64,000 bases of DNA from a virus (lineage: Duplodnaviria; Caudoviricetes), in the IMG/VR virus record IMGVR_UViG_3300020336_000481, positions 1 to 64,000 of that record. One strand, given 5' to 3'. A program made the position numbers and the translations under genes. Shown in pieces: positions 9,740 to 20,900 of this stretch (positions are counted from its first letter, which is position 1; every line of letters starts with the position of its first letter). The notes below the pieces were generated by a model. That model was not told where the DNA came from and ran no database searches. It was given only the letters and a program-made list of their open reading frames with translations.

Positions 9740-10840
9740 TTACGACCAAGCACTATTGGTAAATGATGCACTATTAACCGAAACATAAGACCCTGATGCT
9801 GTTTTATCTGTAACAGTAACAGTTAGTGAATCGTCTGCATGTATCAGCACACCTTCGTCTTCGCCTGGGCCTGCTGGAGTAACAGTAGGAGTATCGCCTT
9901 CTTCACCACCGCCGCCTGTATCTGATCCTGCTTGTTGGTCTCCTGCGTCGTTGTCATTTAAGTATACCGTAATTTTAAATGCTACTGTTGATGTTGTAGT
10001 GACTGTTACAACAACTCTATATTCGTTTTCTGCATAGTTGGCAGCACTACCTGCTTTAAGATATGTTAATAGTCCAGAACTTGCATTGTTACGCAAATAT
10101 TCTGCTGTATATGTTGTTACGGTACCGCTACCTGTAGTTGTTACTCCACCTTTACCAAAAGTAACTGTACCTGCATTTGACAAAAGTGTAATCCAGTCCG
10201 ATTCTTTGGAAGACGCTGCCGCTGAACCTTTTGCTGCCGCAGTACTAATTGATATAGTGCCGCCGGCATTCCAAAATGCTCTATAATGAGCAAGACTACT
10301 AAAAGTTGCAATACTATCAATTTGTACATTTGCCCCATATGTTGCTGAAGAATTACCCCAAGCACCTACAGTTGCAGTTCCTGTAATACTAGGTGTTAAT
10401 CGTGTTGTGGTTGTTGCTTGAGTAGGGTGAACAATATCTTTGTTTGTTTCTATACTTGTAGTTTCTGTTTCATAATCATTAAAACCACCGTAAGGAAAAT
10501 TACTATTCATTGTAACAGTGCCGTTGGCATTTAGTACAACGTTAGGGTCTGTTGCTGGAATTGTTGCGTTGGCACCTATAAACATGCCTGCAGAGATATC
10601 ATGTAAATTACCATCAACATTTAACTGATGTCTTTTACATTTAATTATATCTGTTCTAAGATTATCCATTTGTGCAGCTGTAACATTTTGTGTTCCTGCT
10701 ACTGCTGATGATGACATACCCATTGCGTAACCCGAAGAATCACTAGGTGTGCCACTAGGGCCTACTAAAATACTTTCAACTCTAGTTCTTAATCCGTTGT
10801 AATCACTTGCACTAATTGTATCGCCAACACTTACAGCCAT
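9740..10840 (-). CDS. virion structural protein (tail/baseplate-associated)
   Basis: Ser/Thr/Gly-rich; paralog of 10889..11779 (AANYAENEY vs AANYSENIY, NDAGD); late promoter upstream. Confidence 0.6.
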   Translation of the reverse strand: MAVSVGDTISASDYNGLRTRVESILVGPSGTPSDSSGYAMGMSSSAVAGTQNVTAAQMDNLRTDIIKCKRHQLNVDGNLHDISAGMFIGANATIPATDPNVVLNANGTVTMNSNFPYGGFNDYETETTSIETNKDIVHPTQATTTTRLTPSITGTATVGAWGNSSATYGANVQIDSIATFSSLAHYRAFWNAGGTISISTAAAKGSAAASSKESDWITLLSNAGTVTFGKGGVTTTGSGTVTTYTAEYLRNNASSGLLTYLKAGSAANYAENEYRVVVTVTTTSTVAFKITVYLNDNDAGDQQAGSDTGGGGEEGDTPTVTPAGPGEDEGVLIHADDSLTVTVTDKTASGSYVSVNSASFTNSAWS

Positions 10841-10861
10841 TATTATATTACTCCTATAATG

Positions 10862-10868
10862 TATTTAT
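10862..10868 (-). promoter_or_regulatory. T4-type late promoter ATAAATA
   Basis: intergenic, 22 nt before ATG 10840, with GGAG RBS between. Confidence 0.7.
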
Positions 10869-10888
10869 TATAACAGTTGTTACGGATT

Positions 10889-11779
10889 TTACAAGTTTGA
10901 AGTGTTTGCATATGCGGGACTCGTTACTGCAACAAAACTGCCTGTTGCACGTTTTTGTTTTATAGTAGAAGTTAAAGTGCCGCCAATATTTTCATCAAAA
11001 TTAGGATCGCCTGCGTCGTTATCTTGAAATTCTATTTTAAACTGTAGCTGTGCAGATGAAACTTCTTTTGCTTGTATTCTATAAATGTTTTCAGAATAGT
11101 TTGCAGCACTACCGTTCTTTTCAAATATTTTTTGATAACTTGTAGTAACATTATAGTTACCTACTGCTTGTGATGTTCCTGTGCCTGTGTTAGTTGTTGC
11201 ATTTTTTTGGAATTTAATTATTCCTTGATTAACAAACATTGTGTTCCAATCTTGGGCTTTTGCCGTTGCATCGCCTGTAATATTTGCTTCTAACCACACT
11301 TCGCCGCCTGTATTAAAAAAATATCTTCTGTGGTTAGCATCATTAAATGTTACTGTAAATGTATGTGTAACAGTACCGTTCCATTCACTTGTTCTACTAC
11401 TAGTTATAGCAGGTTCTACTGTTGATTGTGTTCCGTCTACTAAATTTTGATTAGCTTCTAATATTTCAACACGGCTTAAAAATGCATTAAATCCTGCGTT
11501 TGTGTCGCCATCACTAGCATTTGCACCAATAGTATCTCCTGTTGTAATAACACTTAATGTTGTGTTAGAACCAAATATATGTCCGTTAACATTGTTGATA
11601 TCATCAAGCAACGTAGTCATATGTGCTGCTGTAATAGTAGTTTGTGCTGATACAGACGAACTACTTAATGATTGCCCGTATCCGTTTTGTCCATTACCTG
11701 TTCCTAGTACGGAGTTTACTCTACTTTGTAAAGTATTATAGTTTGCTGCTGTGATGTTATCGCCACTGTTGACTGCCAT
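10889..11779 (-). CDS. virion structural protein (tail/baseplate-associated)
   Basis: paralog of 9740..10840; RYFFNTGG motif; late promoter upstream. Confidence 0.6.
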   Translation of the reverse strand: MAVNSGDNITAANYNTLQSRVNSVLGTGNGQNGYGQSLSSSSVSAQTTITAAHMTTLLDDINNVNGHIFGSNTTLSVITTGDTIGANASDGDTNAGFNAFLSRVEILEANQNLVDGTQSTVEPAITSSRTSEWNGTVTHTFTVTFNDANHRRYFFNTGGEVWLEANITGDATAKAQDWNTMFVNQGIIKFQKNATTNTGTGTSQAVGNYNVTTSYQKIFEKNGSAANYSENIYRIQAKEVSSAQLQFKIEFQDNDAGDPNFDENIGGTLTSTIKQKRATGSFVAVTSPAYANTSNL

Positions 11780-11810
11780 TACTATTTTTCCTCATTAAGT
11801 GCGTATATAT

Positions 11811-11817
11811 TATTTAT
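11811..11817 (-). promoter_or_regulatory. T4-type late promoter ATAAATA
   Basis: overlaps the stop of the upstream gene, precedes GAGG RBS and ATG 11779. Confidence 0.6.
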
Positions 11818-13295
11818 ACTTTTAACACACACTCTATTAATTTTTCTTCTTCAGAGGTACTAGTTTCTAAAGCAACTCCAACAAGTGCGTTTGCTTGAAT
11901 TGTTCCTGCAACACCATCTTTCCAGGCATATACAGCCATTCCTTTTGAAACAGGACCTATAACTCTAACAGGTACACGACCTTTTAGTGCTAGAGCTTGG
12001 CCGTCTGCTTCAGCATTCATTAAGTATGCTGGGTTTTCACTGATAACACCTACAGCAATATCTCCAACATTTGCTGGTCTTGTTTCAGCTTCGCCGCCAA
12101 CTGCCATTACTGTGCCAACCGGTTGATCTTCATTTGTTGTATATTTTTCAGCTAAGTCAGCATATTGAGCAGCTGTTGCTGTGCCTCTAAATAAAGTTGC
12201 GTATAAATCACCTGATGCATCTCTAACTGCTACTGTATTTGCTGTTGCGGCTGTATCACCGTTTCTAACGTTGCCGCCTACAACTAATGCACTGGCTTTT
12301 TCTGAAAGTCCTGTAAAGTTTGTTGCATACACGTTTGTATATTGTCTTGATGTTGAACCTAAAGATACTACTTCAGTAGTTACATTATCTGATTGTAGAC
12401 CTGGTTCAATACTATTTGCAAAAATTCTTAAACTATTTTTTTGAATACCACCAGAGTCTTTTGCTGAAAGTTTAATCATTGTGCCAACTTCGTTAGCAAT
12501 TAACCCTTGATTATCATTTTCAATTTTAATTTTTAAATCGTTGTTGTCACCAACTGCAATACCTGCATCAGCAAAACTAACTAGTGTACCAAACGATGCT
12601 GAGCCTGTTTGTACAAAACTACCTGCAGCAATGCCTCCTAATTTATCAGCATTTGACGCTGTGCCATGGAATCTATGGTCTGTACTTGTTACTCCGCCAT
12701 TAGCATTTAGTGTATTTTTAAGTGTTAAACCTTTTCTTACTCTATCAAAACCTGGAATTGCATTGTTTGCATCACCTGTGTCAATAGTAAAGTCTGTTGA
12801 ACTTATAATATAAACAACTTCATCGTTTACAACAGCCTTAATAATTGGTTGAGATACGTTACTTGTGTCTCTAACTGTTGCACTAAGAATTTGTGTTTGT
12901 CCTGAACCTGCACTTTGCGGACCAACTAATACGAAAGACGTTCCGTTATATGCATAAAGCTGTTCATTTCCTGTATCCCACCAAAAATCACCTTGCTTTA
13001 AACCTGCAGGTGAAGCTGAACTTACTTCTGCTCCTCCTGTTGTACGCCATTTTGTACCATCGTAAAATTTTAACTTACTATTTGAACTATCAAACCATAC
13101 TTGCCCACTTAAAGCTCTAGGAGGTGCAGATGTTCCTGCAAAGTTCTCCAGTAAAAAGACCATGTTTTCGTTTTGAATTTCACCATAACCAGCATAATTT
13201 TTACCGACTAATTTAATATCGGTTGTCTGATCAATAGTTCCGTCTTCGACTACTGTTAACTGAGCATTGTTATATCTATTAATTGTATATGCCAT
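11814..13295 (-). CDS. tail fibre/baseplate protein with C-terminal intramolecular-chaperone-like domain
   Basis: shared N-terminal module GKNYAGYGE..NEN..LLENF..P..GQVWFD; C-terminal YADLAEKY..GVISENPAYLMN..ALKGRVPV. Confidence 0.7.
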   Translation of the reverse strand: MAYTINRYNNAQLTVVEDGTIDQTTDIKLVGKNYAGYGEIQNENMVFLLENFAGTSAPPRALSGQVWFDSSNSKLKFYDGTKWRTTGGAEVSSASPAGLKQGDFWWDTGNEQLYAYNGTSFVLVGPQSAGSGQTQILSATVRDTSNVSQPIIKAVVNDEVVYIISSTDFTIDTGDANNAIPGFDRVRKGLTLKNTLNANGGVTSTDHRFHGTASNADKLGGIAAGSFVQTGSASFGTLVSFADAGIAVGDNNDLKIKIENDNQGLIANEVGTMIKLSAKDSGGIQKNSLRIFANSIEPGLQSDNVTTEVVSLGSTSRQYTNVYATNFTGLSEKASALVVGGNVRNGDTAATANTVAVRDASGDLYATLFRGTATAAQYADLAEKYTTNEDQPVGTVMAVGGEAETRPANVGDIAVGVISENPAYLMNAEADGQALALKGRVPVRVIGPVSKGMAVYAWKDGVAGTIQANALVGVALETSTSEEEKLIECVLKV

Positions 13296-13323
13296 TTGTA
13301 TTATACCCCTAAAGTGTTACATG

Positions 13324-13330
13324 TATTTAT
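13324..13330 (-). promoter_or_regulatory. T4-type late promoter ATAAATA
   Basis: intergenic upstream of ATG 13295. Confidence 0.7.
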
Positions 13331-13338
13331 CTTATCCA

Positions 13339-15210
13339 TCAAAGTACAGCGGTGTTAGACCAAGTCCAAGACCCTCCTGAAACTACAAACGTCATATTTG
13401 CCCTTGTTGGTGTGAATGTTGCTGTACCACTTGCTGTTGTAAACGATATATCTTGCACTACAGACTCATTCTGTGTGCCATTACTGTCTACGCTTATGAA
13501 ACTTTTACTTGCAGCTGTTCCAATATCAATACCTGACACTGTAGTATTAATATATTGAGTCACATGTACCCTTGCTACTGTGCCGTTTTGTTTACTACTT
13601 GCTGGAAATAAAAAGTCTAATATTCCTATAACGGAGTTATATGGTCCTCCACTTGATAAATTAGCTGAAGGAGCCGTTAAACCTGTTATATCTAAATGTG
13701 TTGTTATTGGTTCAAGGTCAATTTGTGTGTCTACATACGTTTTATTTGCTGCATCTGCATTTCCTGTTGGATTTGCAACGTTTGTAATCTTTTGTGACGA
13801 AATATCTAGGTCACCTGTTGAAGAAAGTGTTAATCCGCCACTAGCATTACTAATTGTACTTCCATTAATGTTGATATTATCAACATCTAAGTACTGTAAT
13901 GTACCTACTCTTGTTAAACCTAATGCAGTTTGCACTGTAGAACTTAGTGTGTTTAGATTAAGTATTGATGAACCGCCTATTTTATATTCTTTACCGGTAG
14001 CTACATCAAAATTTTGATTACTTGTCCATGAATCTGTACTTTGCGACCATGATAAGTCTTTTGAGCCATCTGAACTTCTAACAATTACGCCAGCACCATC
14101 AACTTGTGCATCATTTCCTTCTGTGCTATCATTTAATAACCCTAGTTCTATGTGTTTATCTTCAACACGTAATGTACCTACGTTTAAATATGTTGTATCA
14201 CCACTAACTAGTAAATTACCATCAACTTCTAAATTACCTGTAAACCTACCATTACCAGTAACATCTAAACTTTTTTGTGGTGTACTGTTCCAAACACCTA
14301 AATATTTTGAACTTGCATCTGCATATATTGCTGCAACCTGTGAGTTACCACTTCTTACCCTTAGATGGAAGTCTTGATTTGCACGTTGGAGATCTAAAAA
14401 CGTTGTTTCTCCAACTATTTTTAATATTGCGTACTCAGTATCTCCAACTCCAACACTTACACCTGAACTATTTTTAATTCTTATACTACCTGTAGTAATA
14501 GCATTAGCATCACTTGGTAAAAAGTTTTCAGCACTTTTTGATACACCTGCTTGGTTAACAAGATTTCTTGCATTTCTTGCAGTTCCTTGCCACCAAAAAT
14601 TTGAACCTCCTGGGTTAAAACCTACTCTTAATATTTGTCTTTGTGGTACATTAGTATCATCAGGATCTACTGGAAATCCTGGAATGTTAACGTTTGGTCT
14701 AAATTCAGCTTTGCTCCAAATGCCTTGTAACAGTCCGCCTATATAAAGTTTTAATACTGTTTGGTCTTGGTTAGCTGTATCAATTACACTTACAACTTCA
14801 AAACCTGTTTTACCTTGTGTAGCACTGTATTCTGGTCCTACTAATACTAAATCTGTACCGTCAAAGAAGTACATTTTATTATTTTCATTGTCGATCCAAA
14901 TATCACCTGTAACCATTGTAGGCTGTGTATTGCTAACAATTGGGCCGCCGGCACTTTTAAATGTTGAACCTGTATATATTTTTAATCTCTGTTCGCCACT
15001 GTCAAACCAAAGTTGTCCTGTCATTGGATTACTTGGTGCAGCTGTATTACTAAAGTTTTCAAGCATTTTGATGTAGTTTTCATTTATAAACTCACCAAAC
15101 CCTTTATAATTTTTTCCTACTAAAGTAATATCTGTAGTTGCTGTATCTATTTGACCATCAACAAGATCTACTAAAAGCTCGCCGTTTGTTTTATTAAGTT
15201 GATAACTCAT
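13339..15210 (-). CDS. tail fibre/baseplate protein
   Basis: same N-terminal module (GKNYKGFGE..NEN..MLENF..GQLWFD); fibre-type repeats LDVTGNGRFTGNL, DAANKTYVD. Confidence 0.7.
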   Translation of the reverse strand: MSYQLNKTNGELLVDLVDGQIDTATTDITLVGKNYKGFGEFINENYIKMLENFSNTAAPSNPMTGQLWFDSGEQRLKIYTGSTFKSAGGPIVSNTQPTMVTGDIWIDNENNKMYFFDGTDLVLVGPEYSATQGKTGFEVVSVIDTANQDQTVLKLYIGGLLQGIWSKAEFRPNVNIPGFPVDPDDTNVPQRQILRVGFNPGGSNFWWQGTARNARNLVNQAGVSKSAENFLPSDANAITTGSIRIKNSSGVSVGVGDTEYAILKIVGETTFLDLQRANQDFHLRVRSGNSQVAAIYADASSKYLGVWNSTPQKSLDVTGNGRFTGNLEVDGNLLVSGDTTYLNVGTLRVEDKHIELGLLNDSTEGNDAQVDGAGVIVRSSDGSKDLSWSQSTDSWTSNQNFDVATGKEYKIGGSSILNLNTLSSTVQTALGLTRVGTLQYLDVDNININGSTISNASGGLTLSSTGDLDISSQKITNVANPTGNADAANKTYVDTQIDLEPITTHLDITGLTAPSANLSSGGPYNSVIGILDFLFPASSKQNGTVARVHVTQYINTTVSGIDIGTAASKSFISVDSNGTQNESVVQDISFTTASGTATFTPTRANMTFVVSGGSWTWSNTAVL

Positions 15211-15211
15211 A

Positions 15212-17260
15212 TTATGCCCTACCTGTGTAAATTATATAGTTCATACTTAATGTTGGATTCATTGCATTTAAAGGTTGTCCAACTGATGAATCACTAATTA
15301 TGCCACCACTGTTAGGCAATGCTTGTCCGTTTCCTGTTCCTGTAGGAGCATCATATACGATTGCTTCTGAATCTGCTGGTGTACCTGTAACATCTCTAAT
15401 TGCATAATATTGATCTAAACTATCACCACGCATATTGTGTTTGTGTTCTGGAAGATTATTAGTTAATATTGTTTTATTTTCAGAACCACCTACACCGCCT
15501 ATTGTGTCTGCATAACTTGCAGTTACAGTATCTGCACTAGTGCCTCCCATATTATCCATACCCATTGGCAATCTGCCTCTTAAGTCTGGAACTCTAAAAA
15601 ATCCTGAAGCAACACTAGATTGCGGAGCAAAATTATAACCAATTGTTTGGAACAATGCACTATAGTTTGCAATAGATACTAATTGTCCATCACATAATAA
15701 CCAATTTGTTGGTGCAACTAGTCCTGCAAATGGTAAAACAATACCTGGAGGATTAATCGGAACTGCTTTTAAAAGATTTGATCTTGATATTTTAAATAAT
15801 CCAGGGTCATTAACATTTACTCTATTGAATAAAAATTCATCATCAATCTGTGATTCTGTTTTATTTACTTTTCCTGCTACAACATCATTTGATAGTGTAA
15901 CATTAAATACTTTTAGTAGTGGTGTTTCACTGTTTGCTTGATCAACGTATTGTCCATCAAATACAATATCTCTATCGGCACTTACGTCACCGCTAATTCT
16001 AAATGTAGTTGCAGTTGTTAATTTGTCTGCACTACCTGCTCTACCACTAACTGTACCACTTACGTTACCTGTTAAGTTACCAATAAATGTAGTTGCATAT
16101 GCATTTGCAAATTTTGCTGTAGAACTACCAAAGTTTCTTGTGTTGTTACCATCAGGTAATATGTTTGCAGTAGTAAGTACTCCAGTAAGTTGCGTTGCGC
16201 CACCAACATTTAAATTTTTAGCAATACCAATACCACCTAAAGTTTTTATACTTCCTGTACTAAACGCATCACTTTGTGTAAGTGAAGTTACATTTATATC
16301 TCCACTTGTTTTAATATTACCTGTAACATCTAATGCTTCATCCGGTGCTTCGTTGTTAATTCCTATACGTAAATTACTATCAACTCTTAAAACAGTTTTG
16401 GTTGATCCTGCATTTTTTACACGTAAATCAATATTGGATCCTTCAATTTGATGTTGAATTATACCTGCTTGGGCTTCAACACCAATATTAAGTTCAGCAT
16501 TTACACCGTAATTAATACCTGAGTTATTTTGTATGCTTATTGGAAATAAAGATGTACTAGCTACGTCTTTTCTTAAAAACTGTGAAGCAGAAACATTTAC
16601 ATTATTTACAATTAAATTTTCTGCTTTTTCTGCTGTACCATAAAACTTGCCAGCGCCATCGCCGCTAATATTTCTTATACTTAAATTAAATCCTGGCTTA
16701 ATTTCTGTAAATCCAGGAATAACAGTTTTTGGTGTAAAATTTTGTGTAGCAATAATTGCAACAATATTTGCATCTACTTCTAATTGAATTGCTTTGTATG
16801 TTAGATTATCTGTACCAATAATACTAACTGGAGTTGCTCCCGTAACAAGACCATCACTAAATGCAGGTCCAACTAATATCCAACCAGAACCTGTAAATAG
16901 GTAAAGTTGTTGATTATCAGTGTCAGCCCATAGATCACCAATTTGGCTTTCTGCTACGTTAGGTTCACTGTTTGCTTTCTTTAGACCGCCTGCTGGAACC
17001 CATCTAGTTCCGTCATACACTTTAAGGACTTCTGATCCAATAGTACTGTCATACCATAATTGTCCTTCAACTGGCCTAACAGGTTCTGTATTACTAGCAA
17101 AATTTTCTAATAAATGTAAAAAGTTTGTGCCAATTGCTGTTCCGTATCCAGTTGTGTTTTTACCTGGGATACTTAAAGTAGTTTCGTTGTTAATATCATT
17201 ATCTTGGACAGTAATGCTACCTTTGTTTACAGAGTCAGTATATTGTATTGTATATGGCAT
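15212..17260 (-). CDS. tail fibre/baseplate protein with tail collar domain (gp10/gp12-like)
   Basis: same N-terminal module; collar motif PGIVLPFAG..P..WLLCDG...LF..IG...FRVPDLRGR; C-terminal HKH and MNYIIYTG. Confidence 0.8.
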   Translation of the reverse strand: MPYTIQYTDSVNKGSITVQDNDINNETTLSIPGKNTTGYGTAIGTNFLHLLENFASNTEPVRPVEGQLWYDSTIGSEVLKVYDGTRWVPAGGLKKANSEPNVAESQIGDLWADTDNQQLYLFTGSGWILVGPAFSDGLVTGATPVSIIGTDNLTYKAIQLEVDANIVAIIATQNFTPKTVIPGFTEIKPGFNLSIRNISGDGAGKFYGTAEKAENLIVNNVNVSASQFLRKDVASTSLFPISIQNNSGINYGVNAELNIGVEAQAGIIQHQIEGSNIDLRVKNAGSTKTVLRVDSNLRIGINNEAPDEALDVTGNIKTSGDINVTSLTQSDAFSTGSIKTLGGIGIAKNLNVGGATQLTGVLTTANILPDGNNTRNFGSSTAKFANAYATTFIGNLTGNVSGTVSGRAGSADKLTTATTFRISGDVSADRDIVFDGQYVDQANSETPLLKVFNVTLSNDVVAGKVNKTESQIDDEFLFNRVNVNDPGLFKISRSNLLKAVPINPPGIVLPFAGLVAPTNWLLCDGQLVSIANYSALFQTIGYNFAPQSSVASGFFRVPDLRGRLPMGMDNMGGTSADTVTASYADTIGGVGGSENKTILTNNLPEHKHNMRGDSLDQYYAIRDVTGTPADSEAIVYDAPTGTGNGQALPNSGGIISDSSVGQPLNAMNPTLSMNYIIYTGRA

Positions 17261-17263
17261 CTA

Positions 17264-17878
17264 TTACCCCTCGTTAAACCCTGTTAAACTTTGAATCCTT
17301 ACTGTATAATCAATTTGAATAAGTCTATTCAAACTTTTTTGTACTGGATGGAATATTACATGAGTAAGCAACATTGGTGTGCCACTTGCTGAGTAACTTA
17401 ACAATCCTAATTCATCAAAGACATAAGATGCATTATTATCTGTAGCAGTATCAAAAGCATCTTGTCCGTTTGGTTCACCATAATCAAGTAAACAACTTAC
17501 AAACACATCAGTATAATTTGTTCCGCTTACATGGCGTGTTTCAATTTTATTTCTTACAGGATCAACATTACTAATACTTCTATCATCTACAACCTTAGTA
17601 TAAGTTTGATTATATAAACTGGCATTTGTCCCTGTACTGTTTGGTGTTAGATATGTTATAATACCTGTTGGATCTACTGTTGTGCCGCCATTACCAAATG
17701 CCATTGCATTTATCCAACTTTCTCCTGAATTACCTAAACTTTCTGCTAGTGCAATACTCATGTTTTCATAATGTATTGCATTTCTTTTGTTGATTAGGAT
17801 TTCACCAGACTCAGGGTCATGTATTTTAATATGGCCTTGTATGTGTATACCGTTTATATCTTTTAAATTATCTGTCAT
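17264..17878 (-). CDS. baseplate-associated structural protein
   Basis: lies between the giant wedge gene and the fibre genes; FDELGL..LLTHVIFHPVQK; late promoter upstream. Confidence 0.6.
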   Translation of the reverse strand: MTDNLKDINGIHIQGHIKIHDPESGEILINKRNAIHYENMSIALAESLGNSGESWINAMAFGNGGTTVDPTGIITYLTPNSTGTNASLYNQTYTKVVDDRSISNVDPVRNKIETRHVSGTNYTDVFVSCLLDYGEPNGQDAFDTATDNNASYVFDELGLLSYSASGTPMLLTHVIFHPVQKSLNRLIQIDYTVRIQSLTGFNEG

Positions 17879-17898
17879 TTTGTTTTATCCTATGCATG

Positions 17899-17905
17899 TA
17901 TTTAT
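17899..17905 (-). promoter_or_regulatory. T4-type late promoter ATAAATA
   Basis: overlaps the stop of the 5051-aa gene, precedes AGGA RBS and ATG 17878. Confidence 0.6.
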
Positions 17906-20900
17906 CTGGGCAAATCTATTGTTGACGCTAGTAAGAAGCTAGAAATGTTATTATTTGCTTTTGCAAGTCTAGTTCCTGGATCTGACCACAATCTCCCTTC
18001 TTTTTTGACGACATTTACTATTGTATTTTCACTTGCCGGCATTGCTAATACAAGATTATTACCTGTAAACGTATATTGTGCAGGTAAAGTTTCGTCACCT
18101 TCTGGTGAATCTTGTGCAATACTACTTGTAGTAACTCCGCTTATAATTTGTTCAAACTTATATGCTTGAACGCTATCTTTTCTTAGTCTTTTACCTCCAA
18201 CAAATACTTCAACTTGATCTTTGTAAGATGCATTTGGATTAAAAGTAAAATCTGTTATACTAAATGTATTAGAAGTTCCGTCACCTACAAATGATTGCGA
18301 AACAGTAACATCTCTATATGGCATATTAGTATCAATACTTTGATCAAGTACCGTTGTACCTTCTGTGTATATATCCTTTGTACCAGTACCTAACGTACCT
18401 CTTCGAAGTTGCTTCAACTCCGTATCAGTTTTAACTAGGTATTCAATACGTTCGCCTTCAATAAACACAACACCTGGTAATTTTTTAGTTGCATCTGGAT
18501 CAGGTAAATCTTTAGTACTATTTAACTTAATGCTTTGATCGTACCAATTTAAATTAGATGTAAGTATAAATTCTTTTCTATTATCTAATCGCTTGTAGTG
18601 ATCTCTGTTTAAGATATCTTTAAACTGTCTCCAGCCAAATTTTTCTTCTACTTTGTCTGAACTAAAGTGTATAAGATCTATTACATCATCTTTAGCTAAT
18701 TCTACAATAGTTTTAATATATTTTTTATTTTCTGTTAAGTAGTAATCTCTATTTGGTGTTAACCAAGTACCATTTTTAGCAATCCAAACATATTCACTAT
18801 CAACCGCAAGTTTTCTTAAAGGTATTAACCCACTACGCAATAATCTAAATTCATAAAATTCGCTACTACCTACATTGAAGCTGGTACGCTCTACAACATC
18901 AAAGTTTTGTCTTTCAATTTTTTGAACATCATGATTACTAAATTGATATACTGTAATCTTTTGGTTTTGTGCATATGCAGTGTCAAAGTAAATTATAGGC
19001 GTTGTTGAATCTTCACCTGCTGTTGAAATAAAATCATCACTACTATCGTAATAACCAAATCTATATTCTCCGTCACTAATTATATGTACACGTAACTCGT
19101 CACCTGCTACACCAACTCCGTCACGCAAGGTTATTGTACTTCCTGGTTGATCTTGAGCTGTTGCATTTGGATTATAAGTTCCTGCACCTTCATATTCCCA
19201 TTCAACGATATACGTAAGTCTTCTACCATTTAAATATAATTCAATATCTTTTGCACCAGTAGTTGCTACTGGTATTTGATATAATCGTAACTGATATTGA
19301 CGCACTGAGCTAACTACAAAAGTTTCACTATACCCGGCATTTAAAATATTATCTCCTACTGTAACTACAGTATAATATGCCGCAGGTTGTTGTGCAAATG
19401 GTGCTTTACTTAATTCATATGCTGTTGATGTTCCATCTGCTACCAAGTTATCAATAGTAACTTGACTAAACGTATCTGTATTTCCTTGGAATATACCGTA
19501 ATTAATTATAGCATCTGTTTTTGGTGCTGATGCAAATTTAATAACAATATTTCCTGATGCCGCATAACTTGCATCTGATTTTTCAAAACCTACATCAGTA
19601 TATGTTCCGTCTACTGTTACTGTATAATTAAAATTATCAATCCATCTAACATTTGTTAAAAACTCTACTGTACTTCCGTCACCGGTAAATGTATCTATAT
19701 CTAAAATTTGTGCGCCAGTAAGCGACAAGTGACTTAAATTAATGCCTGCTCCTAATGCAGGTGCTGTAAAAAATACAAGTTCATTTGTATCATAATCAAT
19801 TCTATAGTCAGTATCTTTTTCTTTTACATCATAATTAACTTTTACAAAAACGTTACTAAAACTAAACGGCACAGTTCCTAATGGAAACTTTAATGTTGTC
19901 CCGTCACCGGTATAGTTTCTAGAATAAATTTTACTACCGCCAGACGTAGGTCTTTCAAAGACTGTTATATCTAATGTGTCTTGTACTTGTCCTGGTACAA
20001 TTTCCTCAGGTCCTTTTGCAGTTGTTTGTGTAACAAATCCATCGCCGTCAATATTAATATCTGAAGCTTCAATACCAGTGGCATTACTGTAAAGTAAATT
20101 TCCGCCGTCTAGTTGTGTATCATATTCTAAACTGTCTGGTAGTAAGGAACCGTCACTTGTAATTTTTCTAATAATTAAAGTATCATTATTTGCTAGTGAA
20201 AACGCCGCAGTATCAAGTGAAAAAGTAGTTGTTGTTCCATCTCCTGTAATTGGAAGCATAACTGCATATGGATTAGTTTCAACTGTTGATCCGTCATAAC
20301 TAGGATCGTCTCTACGTACATTTAAACGTTGTCCGTCAATTAGTGTTTTTGTATAAACATTGTATGTAATATTGTTTTCTAATGCTGTCGTCAAGTTTAC
20401 ATAATTGCTTACTGCTGTTGGAATTGCAACAGCATTTGTTGTATTTTGAATTCCTTTACCAAATGAGCTTAATAATGTACTGTCATCAAACCTAACTTCG
20501 TTTGTAGTATTAAACACTGTACTAAAGTCAGTGTCTAGTACAACAGAGGTTCCTGTTGTTTTTGCAATAACAGTACCACTTGCTCCTGTGCCGTCTTGAA
20601 TAATTACTTCTCCAGCATCTACAGTAACAGTGCTACTGAATGTAAGTGTAACTTTTTTCTTTAAAAATATTTCGTCTTCAAATGAGTCGTCAAATGTATC
20701 CCAAGGCTTACTATACCAACCGTCTACATCCCAACCTTCTTCCTGACCAAACTCGAAACTCTTAACTTCAACTCCACCATAATCAACACCATCCATAAGC
20801 TGTGCAATATCTTTTGCATACTGCCCTGTAGTTGGATTATAAATTAAATTAATTCTATCTTGTGCTTCAAGTAAATCTGTTGATTTTTGATAAGAAACAA

